Below are positions 1 to 9,186 of a DNA stretch of 64,000 bases, in pieces (positions within the stretch are counted from its first letter, which is position 1; each line of letters starts with the position of its first letter). The notes beneath the pieces are model-generated. The model had not been told where the DNA came from. It saw only the letters and a list, made by a program, of their open reading frames with translations, and searched no databases. The DNA lies in the IMG/VR virus record IMGVR_UViG_3300049001_000044, positions 186,001-250,000 of that record, one strand, 5' to 3'. A program made the position numbers and the translations under genes.

Positions 1-48
1 AATTCCTGTGTTGGTCCGCCATCAGACGAAGGTGTTTGGCAAGAAGCG

Positions 49-474
49 TTAATTGCCTGGCATCAGGGTGATGAGGCCAGAGATTTCACGGTCTTCCTTC
101 ACCACATTCGGTGCTGGCCAGCTCGACTTGGTTTTGGCTTCCTTCGCCGCATGCTTGATGCGGGCTTTTTCCGCCTTCTCGCGGTCCTTCAATGAACCGA
201 AGACTGCACGGAAACGGTAGGAGATTTTCAGCACGTCGTCATCGACGGACTCCAACGTGTAGTAGATGTTCTCGAGGGCGTAAAGGGTGGGGTCTTGCGC
301 CTTGGTTACGCCATGGAATTGTGCGATGATGTTATGGATCTTCTGAAGATCCGGGCCTTTGGCCGACATGACGTTCGCTGCGAGATTTGCGAGATTCGAA
401 ATGCCCAGCTCCATGTCTTCCCACTTGCTGCCGAGTTTAACTTGGAAGGATTGGCGTTCGATAACTGCAGTCAT
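49..474 (-). CDS. hypothetical protein
   Basis: 141-aa ORF with GGAG RBS, directly downstream of an early-type promoter. Confidence 0.7.
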   Translation of the reverse strand: MTAVIERQSFQVKLGSKWEDMELGISNLANLAANVMSAKGPDLQKIHNIIAQFHGVTKAQDPTLYALENIYYTLESVDDDVLKISYRFRAVFGSLKDREKAEKARIKHAAKEAKTKSSWPAPNVVKEDREISGLITLMPGN

Positions 475-510
475 ACTTGCTCCTTAGAGGATGTGTCAAC
501 GTGATGAGTA

Positions 511-540
511 ATTATACGTCATTGTGAGGAGCTGAAAAAC
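511..540 (-). promoter_or_regulatory. early-type promoter GTTTTT-N18-TATAAT
   Basis: Matches a motif repeated at least 11 times upstream of minus-strand genes. Confidence 0.7.
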
Positions 541-574
541 TAGCTGTCTACAATACGACACAGACATATTCTGA

Positions 575-660
575 GACTTACTAGAGGGGCCCAGTGATGA
601 CAAAAGAGCTTCGATGCTATTACTAACATCGAAGCTCTAGAGGTGCTCTGGGAGGTCCTG
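575..660. repeat. dispersed ~85-bp intergenic element, copy 1
   Basis: GACTTACTAGAGG...CAG and GAGGTGCTC boxes 56 bp apart flank a 13-bp hairpin; similar copies at 8601, 18985, 45814, 50437. Confidence 0.75.
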
Positions 661-662
661 AC

Positions 663-1442
663 TTACACGATGATCAGAGACGTTCCGCATTCACTGCAGA
701 ATTTAGCCGTCGCTTTGTTCATGTGATGACAGGTCGTGCATTTTGGTTTTGCTTTGACTGTGATCGGCTGCTCAACCTTGCCATTCTCTGTCTCGCCAAG
801 CAGTTTCAGTACCATGACTTCCTTAACACCATCTCCAGTAAAGCTGGTAGTGTGGAACTTCTGATCACTGACAGATCCTTTTACGGTGATGCCAACATCA
901 TTCTGTGGCATAGGAGCAGAATAGGAAGTAGCAGATGCCGAAGCAGAGCAGGAGAGAGTGGAGTTGCCTCTGGCAATTAGATCACTGCCACCGTAGGAGG
1001 TGTTGGAAAGCCAGGTGGTGGAGACAGCATCAGCAGATTTGCTAATAGCACCCCTAAACATTGCGCTGTCCCAGTTGATCTGCGGAAGCATCTGCTCGTA
1101 TTCGAACTCGATTCGAACCAGGCCGTCTTCTACGAAGATACCCCTTGCTCGTTCGACGTTGTTGGTGCGTTCGATGAACTTGAACTTGTTACCGCTTTCG
1201 AGATTACCGTTGTCGATGAAGCGTTCCAAGTCAATGCTTTGGTTCGCACGAACAACCAGGCCGTCGCCAGTCACTCGTACACCATCAATGTCGATGTGCA
1301 CAATAGCTCTGCGAGAGTTTAGGTTCTTGAGGGAGATTTGGTATTCAGAATTGAATGGGACGTAGACTTTGTCACCATCGAACTCGCGGAGGACGCGATT
1401 GTTTACCTTGATGGCTGCGGCCATTTTGTTGGAGTACATCAA
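663..1442 (-). CDS. conserved phage protein with C-terminal zinc ribbon
   Basis: 259-aa ORF ending CTTC...FCSECG. Confidence 0.75.
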   Translation of the reverse strand: MMYSNKMAAAIKVNNRVLREFDGDKVYVPFNSEYQISLKNLNSRRAIVHIDIDGVRVTGDGLVVRANQSIDLERFIDNGNLESGNKFKFIERTNNVERARGIFVEDGLVRIEFEYEQMLPQINWDSAMFRGAISKSADAVSTTWLSNTSYGGSDLIARGNSTLSCSASASATSYSAPMPQNDVGITVKGSVSDQKFHTTSFTGDGVKEVMVLKLLGETENGKVEQPITVKAKPKCTTCHHMNKATAKFCSECGTSLIIV

Positions 1443-1546
1443 TTTATTTCCTTCTGACGATTCTTAAACCGCTCACAGACTAGGGAGCGCAAAATTAAAG
1501 TCTGTTGACGTCGATACGGATATTTATCTTCGTCAACAGACCTGTG

Positions 1547-1855
1547 TCAGGCGATAGGAGTGAGGGTGCCGAAGTCGTCGATGATCGCCTTTGGATAACT
1601 GATGAACTTCTCGTTCTCAGATGCCCAGTAGCGACCATTGAAGGTGACCTTGCCGTCACGTTCGTGCGTATTATGGAGGGTAGTAGCGAAGCATCGCCAG
1701 AAGGAACCCACTTTCATAACCCACGCGTACGATGATTCACCACTTACGATGATCATGTCGCTGATCATACTGCGAAAGCGATCAGTGCTGCGTAGATGAT
1801 CTTGCAGGCGAAGTGGATAGCTTGATCCGTGTTCAACGTGATTTTGTTCTCGCAC
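1547..1855 (-). CDS. hypothetical protein (true start may be internal)
   Basis: ORF track; overlaps the 3' end of the upstream gene. Confidence 0.5.
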   Translation of the reverse strand: MREQNHVEHGSSYPLRLQDHLRSTDRFRSMISDMIIVSGESSYAWVMKVGSFWRCFATTLHNTHERDGKVTFNGRYWASENEKFISYPKAIIDDFGTLTPIA

Positions 1856-2112
1856 TTCAGGAAGTCAGTGAAGCCATGAGCGATGAGTTCGACCGCTGCG
1901 AAAATCAACCCGATGTTTTGGCTACCAGTTGCGAGAGCGGTGACAATGCCGACGAAGCCTGCATGGATAAAGGAGTGGGCGAAGAGTGCGTGCTTCCAAA
2001 ACACTTTGCCAATGGAGGAGTTTCTGTTCTTTGCCTTCGACAGGAAGTCACCCTGCAGCGGATAGTCCGCTAAGAAGTGGAAGAACAGAAAGATGAAGAG
2101 AAGCCAAATCAT
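1765..2112 (-). CDS. DUF3307-like membrane protein
   Basis: HFLADYPLQ, HSFIH, HGFTD and DQAIH motifs in a hydrophobic protein. Confidence 0.7.
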   Translation of the reverse strand: MIWLLFIFLFFHFLADYPLQGDFLSKAKNRNSSIGKVFWKHALFAHSFIHAGFVGIVTALATGSQNIGLIFAAVELIAHGFTDFLKCENKITLNTDQAIHFACKIIYAALIAFAV

Positions 2113-2300
2113 AGTAAGGAGTGTAAGAGGTTATTGAGTTGGGCAAATGGAGGAACCTTCTCCCACAACAGGTGTTCGAAGGGGTAACCGAGGGTCATAC
2201 CGATCCAGAAGCTCGCACTGAGCAGGGTGTTTCGGCAGTGGTGGTAGCACTTGTGAAGGATGCCATGTTCATCTTGATGGGTATGCTCGTGCTGCATCAC
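2109..2300 (-). CDS. small hypothetical protein
   Basis: ATGA overlaps with both neighbours. Confidence 0.55.
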   Translation of the reverse strand: MMQHEHTHQDEHGILHKCYHHCRNTLLSASFWIGMTLGYPFEHLLWEKVPPFAQLNNLLHSLL

Positions 2301-2626
2301 TTACCCCACTTAGCGTCGATTTCGGCGAGAAGTGCTGCAACGAATGTCTCACACCCAGGAATGAAGGGTTCATCAGCGCATTGATGTTTTTCCTTCTGTT
2401 CAGCGGAGTAAGTGGTGGCGTCGTTCACCTGAATTTCGAACGAGCGCTCAGCAATGTCTGTATAGATGGTGAACGACGAGTAGTATTGACAGCCAGAGTT
2501 CACCGGCCGCCAGCTGGTGTGAATACCAGTAATCGCCATAACGTGATTCAGGTCGATGCGGAGCGTCCTCGTTTCACGAGCACGGGACAGATACGTAGGG
2601 TAAGTGATTTTGTGAATGTTCATCAT
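2297..2626 (-). CDS. hypothetical protein
   Basis: ORF with RBS, downstream of the promoter at 2642-2671. Confidence 0.65.
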   Translation of the reverse strand: MMNIHKITYPTYLSRARETRTLRIDLNHVMAITGIHTSWRPVNSGCQYYSSFTIYTDIAERSFEIQVNDATTYSAEQKEKHQCADEPFIPGCETFVAALLAEIDAKWGK

Positions 2627-2641
2627 GGCTCCTTATAGTAA

Positions 2642-2671
2642 ATTTTACTCTGCTAGGAGCCCTAATGAAAC
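2642..2671 (-). promoter_or_regulatory. early-type promoter GTTTCA-N18-TAAAAT
   Basis: Repeated promoter motif. Confidence 0.55.
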
Positions 2672-3295
2672 TTAAATCACTGCTGCGTTCTTCGCCACTG
2701 TGAGGATGGACTCAGGAGTCGCTTGCACGTTTAGGACGAGTAGCGTGGTGTTGTCAGCGAAGGAGAAGAGTGAGTGCTCTTTACTGGTGTTGATGAAGTG
2801 GGGGATGCCTTCTTCAAGATGAAGAGGTTTACCTTCGTGTAACCACACAACGTGGTTCCTCCTCCAATTGATAGGGACCATGATACGCATTGTCCCCGCA
2901 GGAAGTGCGAAACCATTGTCACGATGAGGAGGGAAGAATCCACCAGCGTCAAGACGAAGGAAGTGTGAGCGGCCCAAAAACCTGCCCCACATATCCAGGA
3001 AGCCGCCCAATCCTAATTCATCAACGATAGGTGTGCGTGTCTTGAAGCTAAACTCACCGAACTTGGTACCATTGAGTAGGTTGTACTCACGAAGAGAATC
3101 AAGGTCAGGGGTGCCAGAGTAATCACCATCCAACGACGTGACCGACAGCCCGTAGCGGTTAATGGGCTTACGTGGATTGTATTGCTTCCAATGAGGAGAG
3201 TTGGCCAGCACCTGCTTGATGTGGTGCATGTCAAAGGGCTGGCTTTTCATCTCGATTACGTCGCCAAAGTTGGCGACTAGGTCAGTGACAGTCAT
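2672..3295 (-). CDS. aspartyl/asparaginyl beta-hydroxylase-like 2OG-Fe(II) oxygenase
   Basis: FPPHRD motif, FINTSKEHS distal His, cupin-like pattern. Confidence 0.65.
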   Translation of the reverse strand: MTVTDLVANFGDVIEMKSQPFDMHHIKQVLANSPHWKQYNPRKPINRYGLSVTSLDGDYSGTPDLDSLREYNLLNGTKFGEFSFKTRTPIVDELGLGGFLDMWGRFLGRSHFLRLDAGGFFPPHRDNGFALPAGTMRIMVPINWRRNHVVWLHEGKPLHLEEGIPHFINTSKEHSLFSFADNTTLLVLNVQATPESILTVAKNAAVI

Positions 3296-3819
3296 TTGAT
3301 AGCGGTCAAGGCGTCCTTTGGATCAACGAGCACCAGGCGGTTCAGCGGAATCCGGCCCTCGGCGGTATCACGGCCGGAAGAGAAGAGCGATGATTCATTT
3401 CCGAAGCTACCGTCAGCAATGACTTTGAAGGTGCGGCCAGAAATGTGGACTTCGACATAGGTCTCTCGCTCGTCAAATATCTTCGCGTCAGATGGCATGA
3501 CATCTCCAATCACTACAACGGCACCACGTTGGAAGTATTGCGACGCGTGACCCGAATCGCTGTAGCAGCATCCGCCTTCCATCATGATGTACGCTTTGCC
3601 CTTCTCCACTCGCTTGCCCATCACAAACGCGTTATTTGCTTTTGCCCAAACGTACAACTTTTTCATAGCAGCTTGAGCTTGCGATTCACGCCATGGGTTA
3701 CTGCGATCGTCCTCTAGACCGCTCATGTGCTCCATGAATGCCTTGAGGTCAGCTTCATTGGAAATTTCTACGTGCTGTGCCGCGGCCTCACGCAGATTCA
3801 ACAGTTCTTTGATTAGCAT
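3292..3819 (-). CDS. hypothetical protein, possible head internal protein
   Basis: 175 aa; N-terminus MLIKELLNLRE resembles a capsid-targeting sequence. Confidence 0.65.
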   Translation of the reverse strand: MLIKELLNLREAAAQHVEISNEADLKAFMEHMSGLEDDRSNPWRESQAQAAMKKLYVWAKANNAFVMGKRVEKGKAYIMMEGGCCYSDSGHASQYFQRGAVVVIGDVMPSDAKIFDERETYVEVHISGRTFKVIADGSFGNESSLFSSGRDTAEGRIPLNRLVLVDPKDALTAIK

Positions 3820-3828
3820 CTTCTTTCC

Positions 3829-4260
3829 CTAGTATGGTAGAACGCAATATGCATTCACGTTATTTACATTCTCTGCCCACTCGCTAGTCAGTTGAAAACC
3901 GACCGACTCATAGGTCTTCCAGCTGTCTTTGCGAGGAAAGGACCAACAAAACTTACTCCCCTCACCCTGTCGGATGGTCGCGAAGAGTAGTTGTTTGGCA
4001 ATGCCTCTGCCTCGGTAGGAGGGGTTAACCCAAAGACCTCTACTACGATAGCTGCCGTCAGCACAAGGGTGACCACTGTTCACACCAACAATCTTTCCAT
4101 CTTGCATGAAAGCAAAGAATGTCGGCGAGACAAGTTGATTCTCTTGGTAGCCACCCAAGTACGTCATGCAGCTAATTGGTTCGATAGGATCCTTTCGATC
4201 AACCCACAGCTGTTCCTCCCAAATAGGGAGGATTTCAGCGTAGGTGATTTGGACTATCAC
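3829..4260 (-). CDS. GNAT acetyltransferase (TAG stop)
   Basis: LWVNPSYRGRGIAKQLL acetyl-CoA motif A. Confidence 0.8.
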   Translation of the reverse strand: MIVQITYAEILPIWEEQLWVDRKDPIEPISCMTYLGGYQENQLVSPTFFAFMQDGKIVGVNSGHPCADGSYRSRGLWVNPSYRGRGIAKQLLFATIRQGEGSKFCWSFPRKDSWKTYESVGFQLTSEWAENVNNVNAYCVLPY

Positions 4261-5654
4261 TTCTTAGCCTTCTTCGACTTCTGCGGTCTTTGCTTCTCTT
4301 CCAGATCATGCATGATCTTTGCAAGATCGGCAGCTGCTTTTGAACGAACAGTTGGGCTAATTGCATTCGCCTTGACCTTCTTCAGTCGGTCGACTTCAGC
4401 TTTCAGCTCGTCAGGAATTTGGACTTCAGTTGAAGCTGCGGGAGCTGCGCCTGCGTTACCAGACAAAATCTTAGCGACTTGGTCTGCGAAGTCATCACCT
4501 TTCGCTTTGATGTCTGCTGCGATCTCATCCGCAGATTTGTTCGCGACGTCTGCTGGCGGGGCAGCATTTGGATCTGCATTTGGATCTGGTTGAGCGTTAG
4601 GGTCAGCATCTTGATCGTCTTGATCGTCTGCCTGACCGCCTGCAAGACGTGTGAAGTTAGCATCAGCGTTCAACAGCTCAACGAGGTCATGATAGTGATG
4701 GTCAGCTTTGACTGGATCGCTGTAGAAGGCGTGGATGATAGCTGGGATCAACTTCTGGTTATCATGGATGCGAGGATCTTTAGTCAGGGCGGTGACTAGT
4801 TTGTTACGTAGCTCTTTCAATCCCTCAGGGGTGGTCGGCCAGCCTGAGCTGTCGCGGGAACCAGATACCCGGAAGAAAATCTTTCTTGCGTCATCTGCAA
4901 CAAGGCTAACAATCTTCATCTCACTAGCGGTGAGAGTGACTTTCTTAGGGGGCTGTTGCGTGCTATTAGCTGCATCGTCATTGTTACCGGGCACTGCGCT
5001 TGCTCCCTTGTCTCGTTCGTCTTGCTCAGCGCGGGCGTTGTTGATGACAGCGCGGACTGGGAATGCGGTGACGAACTTCTTGATGTTGAACTTTTCAAGA
5101 CGTTCCTCTCGATCGTCAAGCGCCCCAACACCTGCCCTTTGGATCGCATTCGCGTTGAGAGTTGCTACGTAGTACTTGTGGGAGATAACCGCTAGAAAAT
5201 CTTCACGAGCCTGTGTTAGGTCGTTTGCAGTACGGAGCTTCTCAGCGATAGAATGTGGGGCATTGAAGAGGACTGCGTATGGGCGCTTAGAGACAAGCGG
5301 TTTGTCCAGCGCTTTCAAGTCGAAGTCATTGCCGATCAGGAAGGCAACTGCATTATCCTGTTCGCCGTGAAGCGCTGGGAAGATGGCTTTAATCTGATCG
5401 TCAGTGAGTGCGTCGACGACTTTCTTTTCGCCGCCATTCGAAAGATACCGATCCTTGAGGTCAGCATCGTTGAGGAACATCACCACTCTGGTTGAGTCGC
5501 TTGGTACGGCAAAGATGCGACCAAGAACCTGCTCAGTGGCAGACTCACCACTTACTGCGTCAGGTTTTGCTTGGTCATCACCTTGCGGCCGCCCACCGCT
5601 CAACGTGTCAGCGTGGTTGTTGATACGGTTGATTAGTTCGAAGAGCTTTGCCAT
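4257..5654 (-). CDS. 465-aa hypothetical late/virion protein
   Basis: Late-type ATAAATA upstream; MAKLFEL N-terminus; DPNA low-complexity repeats. Confidence 0.7.
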   Translation of the reverse strand: MAKLFELINRINNHADTLSGGRPQGDDQAKPDAVSGESATEQVLGRIFAVPSDSTRVVMFLNDADLKDRYLSNGGEKKVVDALTDDQIKAIFPALHGEQDNAVAFLIGNDFDLKALDKPLVSKRPYAVLFNAPHSIAEKLRTANDLTQAREDFLAVISHKYYVATLNANAIQRAGVGALDDREERLEKFNIKKFVTAFPVRAVINNARAEQDERDKGASAVPGNNDDAANSTQQPPKKVTLTASEMKIVSLVADDARKIFFRVSGSRDSSGWPTTPEGLKELRNKLVTALTKDPRIHDNQKLIPAIIHAFYSDPVKADHHYHDLVELLNADANFTRLAGGQADDQDDQDADPNAQPDPNADPNAAPPADVANKSADEIAADIKAKGDDFADQVAKILSGNAGAAPAASTEVQIPDELKAEVDRLKKVKANAISPTVRSKAAADLAKIMHDLEEKQRPQKSKKAKK

Positions 5655-5685
5655 GGAATATAGGATCCAAAATGAATATGAATCC

Positions 5686-5692
5686 TATTTAT
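5686..5692 (-). promoter_or_regulatory. late promoter-like ATAAATA
   Basis: Resembles the T4 late consensus TATAAATA; recurs before structural genes. Confidence 0.5.
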
Positions 5693-5694
5693 CC

Positions 5695-5988
5695 TCAGCG
5701 CCGCTTCTTCTTTCTCTCTGCGGTTTCTTTGCTACCATCATAGAAGCTGGGATCCTTCTTAGCTACCCACTTCACGAAGGACTGGATGTGGTCATTCTCC
5801 AGCAACCTGTCGATCGTGTGGTAGTAGTGTAGGAGTTCCCGCTCAGTGAAGGTAGCGTGGATTTTGCGGTGGCAGATCTTATGCAACTCCACCAGTTCCT
5901 TTCCCTTGAAGGTTTTCGGAACCAGATGGTGAGCATCTACATTAATCTGCCCCAGTGGTCTTTTGCACAGCGGGCACTTTGTGTCCAT
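5695..5988 (-). CDS. HNH endonuclease-like protein
   Basis: CPLC...HHLVP...LHKICHRKIH. Confidence 0.75.
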   Translation of the reverse strand: MDTKCPLCKRPLGQINVDAHHLVPKTFKGKELVELHKICHRKIHATFTERELLHYYHTIDRLLENDHIQSFVKWVAKKDPSFYDGSKETAERKKKRR

Positions 5989-6313
5989 CGATTGCGTCCA
6001 AGATAGAATTTGCGTAGTCGCGAGCAGCACCTTCGTCGTGGAACATGAACTCGCCGTCGAATTTCATATAGCCAGTGAAGAGCACGCGGAGTGCGGCCTT
6101 AACACGGCTGATGGCTTTCTTGAAGACGCTGGAGTTGCTGCGATCCCAGTCGTAGTACTTGAACTCAGCGTAGATGGTGCAGCTGATGATGCCATCATCG
6201 TTCTCCACAACGATAGTACGATCATGCTGTGCGTCCATGCAACCGCAAGTTGCGCGGAACCAAGTGCTGTCGCCGTAAGAACGGATTTGCGAGATGTTGT
6301 TTCCCAGTTTCAT
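5942..6313 (-). CDS. hypothetical protein
   Basis: 123-aa ORF in operon, CGC motif. Confidence 0.65.
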   Translation of the reverse strand: MKLGNNISQIRSYGDSTWFRATCGCMDAQHDRTIVVENDDGIISCTIYAEFKYYDWDRSNSSVFKKAISRVKAALRVLFTGYMKFDGEFMFHDEGAARDYANSILDAIDGHKVPAVQKTTGAD

Positions 6314-6720
6314 TTCAATCCTTTCGCTAATTCTACGAGTTCGTCGATGATTTGTTTGTCGAGTTCTTTTCGGATCTCATGGGCAAACGTGTATGCTAGC
6401 CAGTTCCTACTCCATTCCTTCAGCAGCTTTTTCTGTCTAGCGGCTTTACGGCCAGTCCACATTCGAAGATGGTGGTAGTGGTCCTTCTTCAGAAGGTTTC
6501 CAATGTGCATCGCAAGCACACCTTCTTGGTAGTGGTTGAAGCTGTCAAGCAACATCTGGCTACTGCTTTCACCACCGGGGTTCTTCGGCATTGCCTGCTT
6601 ACCAGCCTCGATGATCGCCTCTTGAACTTCAGGAGGGATGCTCGAGTCTTTCAGAGCTTTTCGGAAGGTGGGCTTGCTAGCATCGATGCCGCCAGTCCTA
6701 CGAAATTCTTCAGTGTTCAT
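6310..6720 (-). CDS. hypothetical protein
   Basis: 136-aa ORF, ATGA overlap. Confidence 0.6.
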   Translation of the reverse strand: MNTEEFRRTGGIDASKPTFRKALKDSSIPPEVQEAIIEAGKQAMPKNPGGESSSQMLLDSFNHYQEGVLAMHIGNLLKKDHYHHLRMWTGRKAARQKKLLKEWSRNWLAYTFAHEIRKELDKQIIDELVELAKGLK

Positions 6721-6887
6721 TGGCCAACTCCACTAGTACCTTGGACGATGATGACGCTGAAGTCGTAGTCGAAGTAGTGGGGAAACCAGTTCGTTCGGAT
6801 ATCTTCCATCGCCGCAAAGATGTCCTTCGCTTTCACTGCGATGGAACTATGGTTCTCATTGTCATTCTTGAATACGAACAGTGTCAT
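6717..6887 (-). CDS. small hypothetical protein (56 aa, MTLFVFKNDNE...)
   Basis: Read manually; ATGA overlaps at both ends; below the ORF-track cutoff. Confidence 0.55.
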   Translation of the reverse strand: MTLFVFKNDNENHSSIAVKAKDIFAAMEDIRTNWFPHYFDYDFSVIIVQGTSGVGQ

Positions 6888-7480
6888 ACTTTCTCCGGGT
6901 TGATCGCTACCAATCTTACGTCTTCTTTACAGGTCTTCACCTTAATGTCCACATAGACCTTCAAGTTGCAAACCATCTCATCTTCTTCATCGAACCAAAC
7001 ATCGCTGATGCGGTCAATGTCATTCATGTCTTGCGCCCAAATAACGTACTTGGGATTTGACATCATCTTCTTCCACAAAGCACGAGACTTTGGATTATGA
7101 GACCACCCACAGATGACGATCTGACCATCATCTAAGATTGCGTCATAGAGTTGTTCAGCAACTCCCATTCGACGGAAGTTTGGGCTCACGTACAAGATCG
7201 ATGTCTCGATCGCAGCCCAATCCTCAAGATAGCTTAGCGCGCAGAAGCCCATGAATGCAGGGCAGAACGATTGAAAATCTTCTGGCGTACTTAGCTCGAT
7301 CGAATAGTCGATCATGAAGTACTCTACTTGGTCACGCTCTTCGTTCTCATACTTGTAGATGAAGACTTGGTCTTTGACGCGAGCAACCACAGTTGCCTCT
7401 TCTTCAATGGCCATCCGATGGAGCCTACACCCATCTTCTTGAAAGGCTCTCTCATCTACAGTATGACGGTAAAAGAACAT
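6884..7480 (-). CDS. GNAT-fold acetyltransferase
   Basis: LYVSPNFRRMGVAEQLY motif A. Confidence 0.7.
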   Translation of the reverse strand: MFFYRHTVDERAFQEDGCRLHRMAIEEEATVVARVKDQVFIYKYENEERDQVEYFMIDYSIELSTPEDFQSFCPAFMGFCALSYLEDWAAIETSILYVSPNFRRMGVAEQLYDAILDDGQIVICGWSHNPKSRALWKKMMSNPKYVIWAQDMNDIDRISDVWFDEEDEMVCNLKVYVDIKVKTCKEDVRLVAINPEKV

Positions 7481-7749
7481 TACTTACCTTCTTGCTCGAG
7501 ACGAAGGATGAACGAAGGAGTAACTCCTGGGCGGCCGAATGGCGAGTGCTTCACCCACAGCTCACATGCTCGTTCAGGATTCTGTTTCCAGAATTCGTAC
7601 ACCATGGCTTCTAGTTGGATCATCGCTTGGTGACCACGGTTTTGTCGCCGTACATCATCGGCGAATTCGTACTTCCAGTCGAAGCCTTTCAGACGCGCAG
7701 TCAGGGTTTCCTCATTAACTTTGGTCTGCAGAATTTCAAACACTTTCAT
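7480..7749 (-). CDS. hypothetical protein
   Basis: 89 aa, starts MKVFEILQ, DWxYEFADD motif. Confidence 0.65.
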   Translation of the reverse strand: MKVFEILQTKVNEETLTARLKGFDWKYEFADDVRRQNRGHQAMIQLEAMVYEFWKQNPERACELWVKHSPFGRPGVTPSFILRLEQEGK

Positions 7750-7767
7750 CGTCGGCTCCTTGAATCC

Positions 7768-8061
7768 TTACTTCGTTTCTACTTTGTACTGCACATCACG
7801 CACCAACTTCCTTGCTGCGTCTTTTGGTCCCAGCCAAATGTTCACCTGCACATCGCCAGTAACCATGTTGTACGACTCGATAGAGTGCGCTAGATTTTCA
7901 GCAATGGACTTTGCCACTTCTTCCAGCACCTCATCGGCGTGTTCCTTCAGTTTCTCCTTGACAAGATCTTTCAAGTGAAGAGCAACTGCATCGCTCACCA
8001 GATTGGTTATGTCTTGGATCTTGCTTACTACCTTCATCCTTTCGTCAATTGGGTCTTGCAC
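7768..8061 (-). CDS. hypothetical protein
   Basis: 97-aa ORF with RBS. Confidence 0.6.
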   Translation of the reverse strand: MQDPIDERMKVVSKIQDITNLVSDAVALHLKDLVKEKLKEHADEVLEEVAKSIAENLAHSIESYNMVTGDVQVNIWLGPKDAARKLVRDVQYKVETK

Positions 8062-8511
8062 TTAGCTTCTCCTTCGGCCTCCACCAGCCATGATGTCTTT
8101 CATCATCTCAGGAGTGACTAACATATCGCCACCCTTGTTGTACGCCGGAGCTGTCATGAACTTTCGTTCTCTTGCCTTCAGCTCGCGTTCCAGCATCTCA
8201 GGGTTATCCTTGTACAACACACGAGGGTCATGCACCTTCGGTGCTTCCTTTGGAGTTGAGTTTGGCACGGACGGCGTTGGCATCAACGATAACTGTTTTG
8301 CCTTTGCCTCCTCTTGCGCAGAGTACGACAAGCTCGTTGGCCCTGTAACCACCACTCTTGATGGTCTCTTCGACGTGCTTGATTGCTTCTTGGACGTCGG
8401 CGTCACTCCGTGCTTTGCTAACCATGCCTCATACTCCTCTTGCTCTTTCTTCCAGCCAACTTTCTTGTTCTGTTTTTTCGCCGACTTGCTTCCAGCGTAA
8501 ATCAGTGCCAT
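8062..8511 (-). CDS. conserved phage hypothetical protein
   Basis: 149 aa, C-terminal APAYNKGG motif, promoter upstream. Confidence 0.7.
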   Translation of the reverse strand: MALIYAGSKSAKKQNKKVGWKKEQEEYEAWLAKHGVTPTSKKQSSTSKRPSRVVVTGPTSLSYSAQEEAKAKQLSLMPTPSVPNSTPKEAPKVHDPRVLYKDNPEMLERELKARERKFMTAPAYNKGGDMLVTPEMMKDIMAGGGRRRS

Positions 8512-8556
8512 CGTAAATCCTCAACTACCTTTCGTTAAGTTGCTGTATGAATTGAT

Positions 8557-8586
8557 ATTGTAGCTTGTAGCAAATCGGTATGAAAC
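8557..8586 (-). promoter_or_regulatory. early-type promoter GTTTCA-N18-TACAAT
   Basis: Repeated promoter motif. Confidence 0.55.
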
Positions 8587-8600
8587 TGGATATGACCTGG

Positions 8601-8685
8601 GACTTACTAGAGGTGCTCAGAGATGCGAGGGCGTTCAAGATATAGTTGCTAACACGTCTGTCGACGAGGTGCTCAGAGCACCTCC
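8601..8685. repeat. dispersed ~85-bp element, copy 2
   Basis: GACTTACTAGAGGTGCTCAGAGATG...GAGGTGCTCAGAGCACCTC. Confidence 0.75.
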
Positions 8686-8877
8686 GGTCCCAAGGCAGAA
8701 AAAAGGGTTCCATTTGGAACCCTTCAGAGAGTTGTTGATCTCTCGTCTTGTGTCGCTCTTTCGATTCGAGCGTTTGTCCTGTCGTTCTTGGTGCCTTCCA
8801 CCGGTCTTGCTACGGAGAATCTCGTTCACCATGGTAGCTCGTGGTTTTGGCACGACCATTTTCTTTGCCATGATCAT
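8635..8877 (-). CDS. small basic hypothetical protein
   Basis: ORF track; 3' end runs through a terminator-like hairpin and the repeat. Confidence 0.45.
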   Translation of the reverse strand: MIMAKKMVVPKPRATMVNEILRSKTGGRHQERQDKRSNRKSDTRREINNSLKGSKWNPFFCLGTGGALSTSSTDVLATIS

Positions 8878-8900
8878 GTCCTTAAGGATAGAGGTTGTAT

Positions 8901-9092
8901 TTATTTCTCTGTCATCGAATACTTGTACGAAGTGTAGTTGATAATTCGCCCAGTATCACAAGTCATTCTTAGATGCCTATCATTTACCTTTTCTAACTTA
9001 CCCCCGCATACTTCTTGCGGGGTGTCTTGATAATGGCGTTCGCCACAGGCAGCAAGTAAGGAAACTAAACTGACGATTACAATGGTCTTCAT
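8901..9092 (-). CDS. small lipoprotein
   Basis: Signal peptide with LAAC lipobox. Confidence 0.6.
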   Translation of the reverse strand: MKTIVIVSLVSLLAACGERHYQDTPQEVCGGKLEKVNDRHLRMTCDTGRIINYTSYKYSMTEK

Positions 9093-9111
9093 TTAAAGCT
9101 TTCAAATCTGG

Positions 9112-9186
9112 TGGTGGTTCCAGCGGGGATCGAACCCGCGACCTTAGGTTTTAGAGACCCGGCTCTGCCAACTGAGCTATGGAACC
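9112..9186 (-). tRNA. tRNA-Sup(CUA) amber suppressor 1
   Basis: Cloverleaf GGTTCCA/TGGAACC, loop CT-CTA-AA, A73, encoded CCA. Confidence 0.85.
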
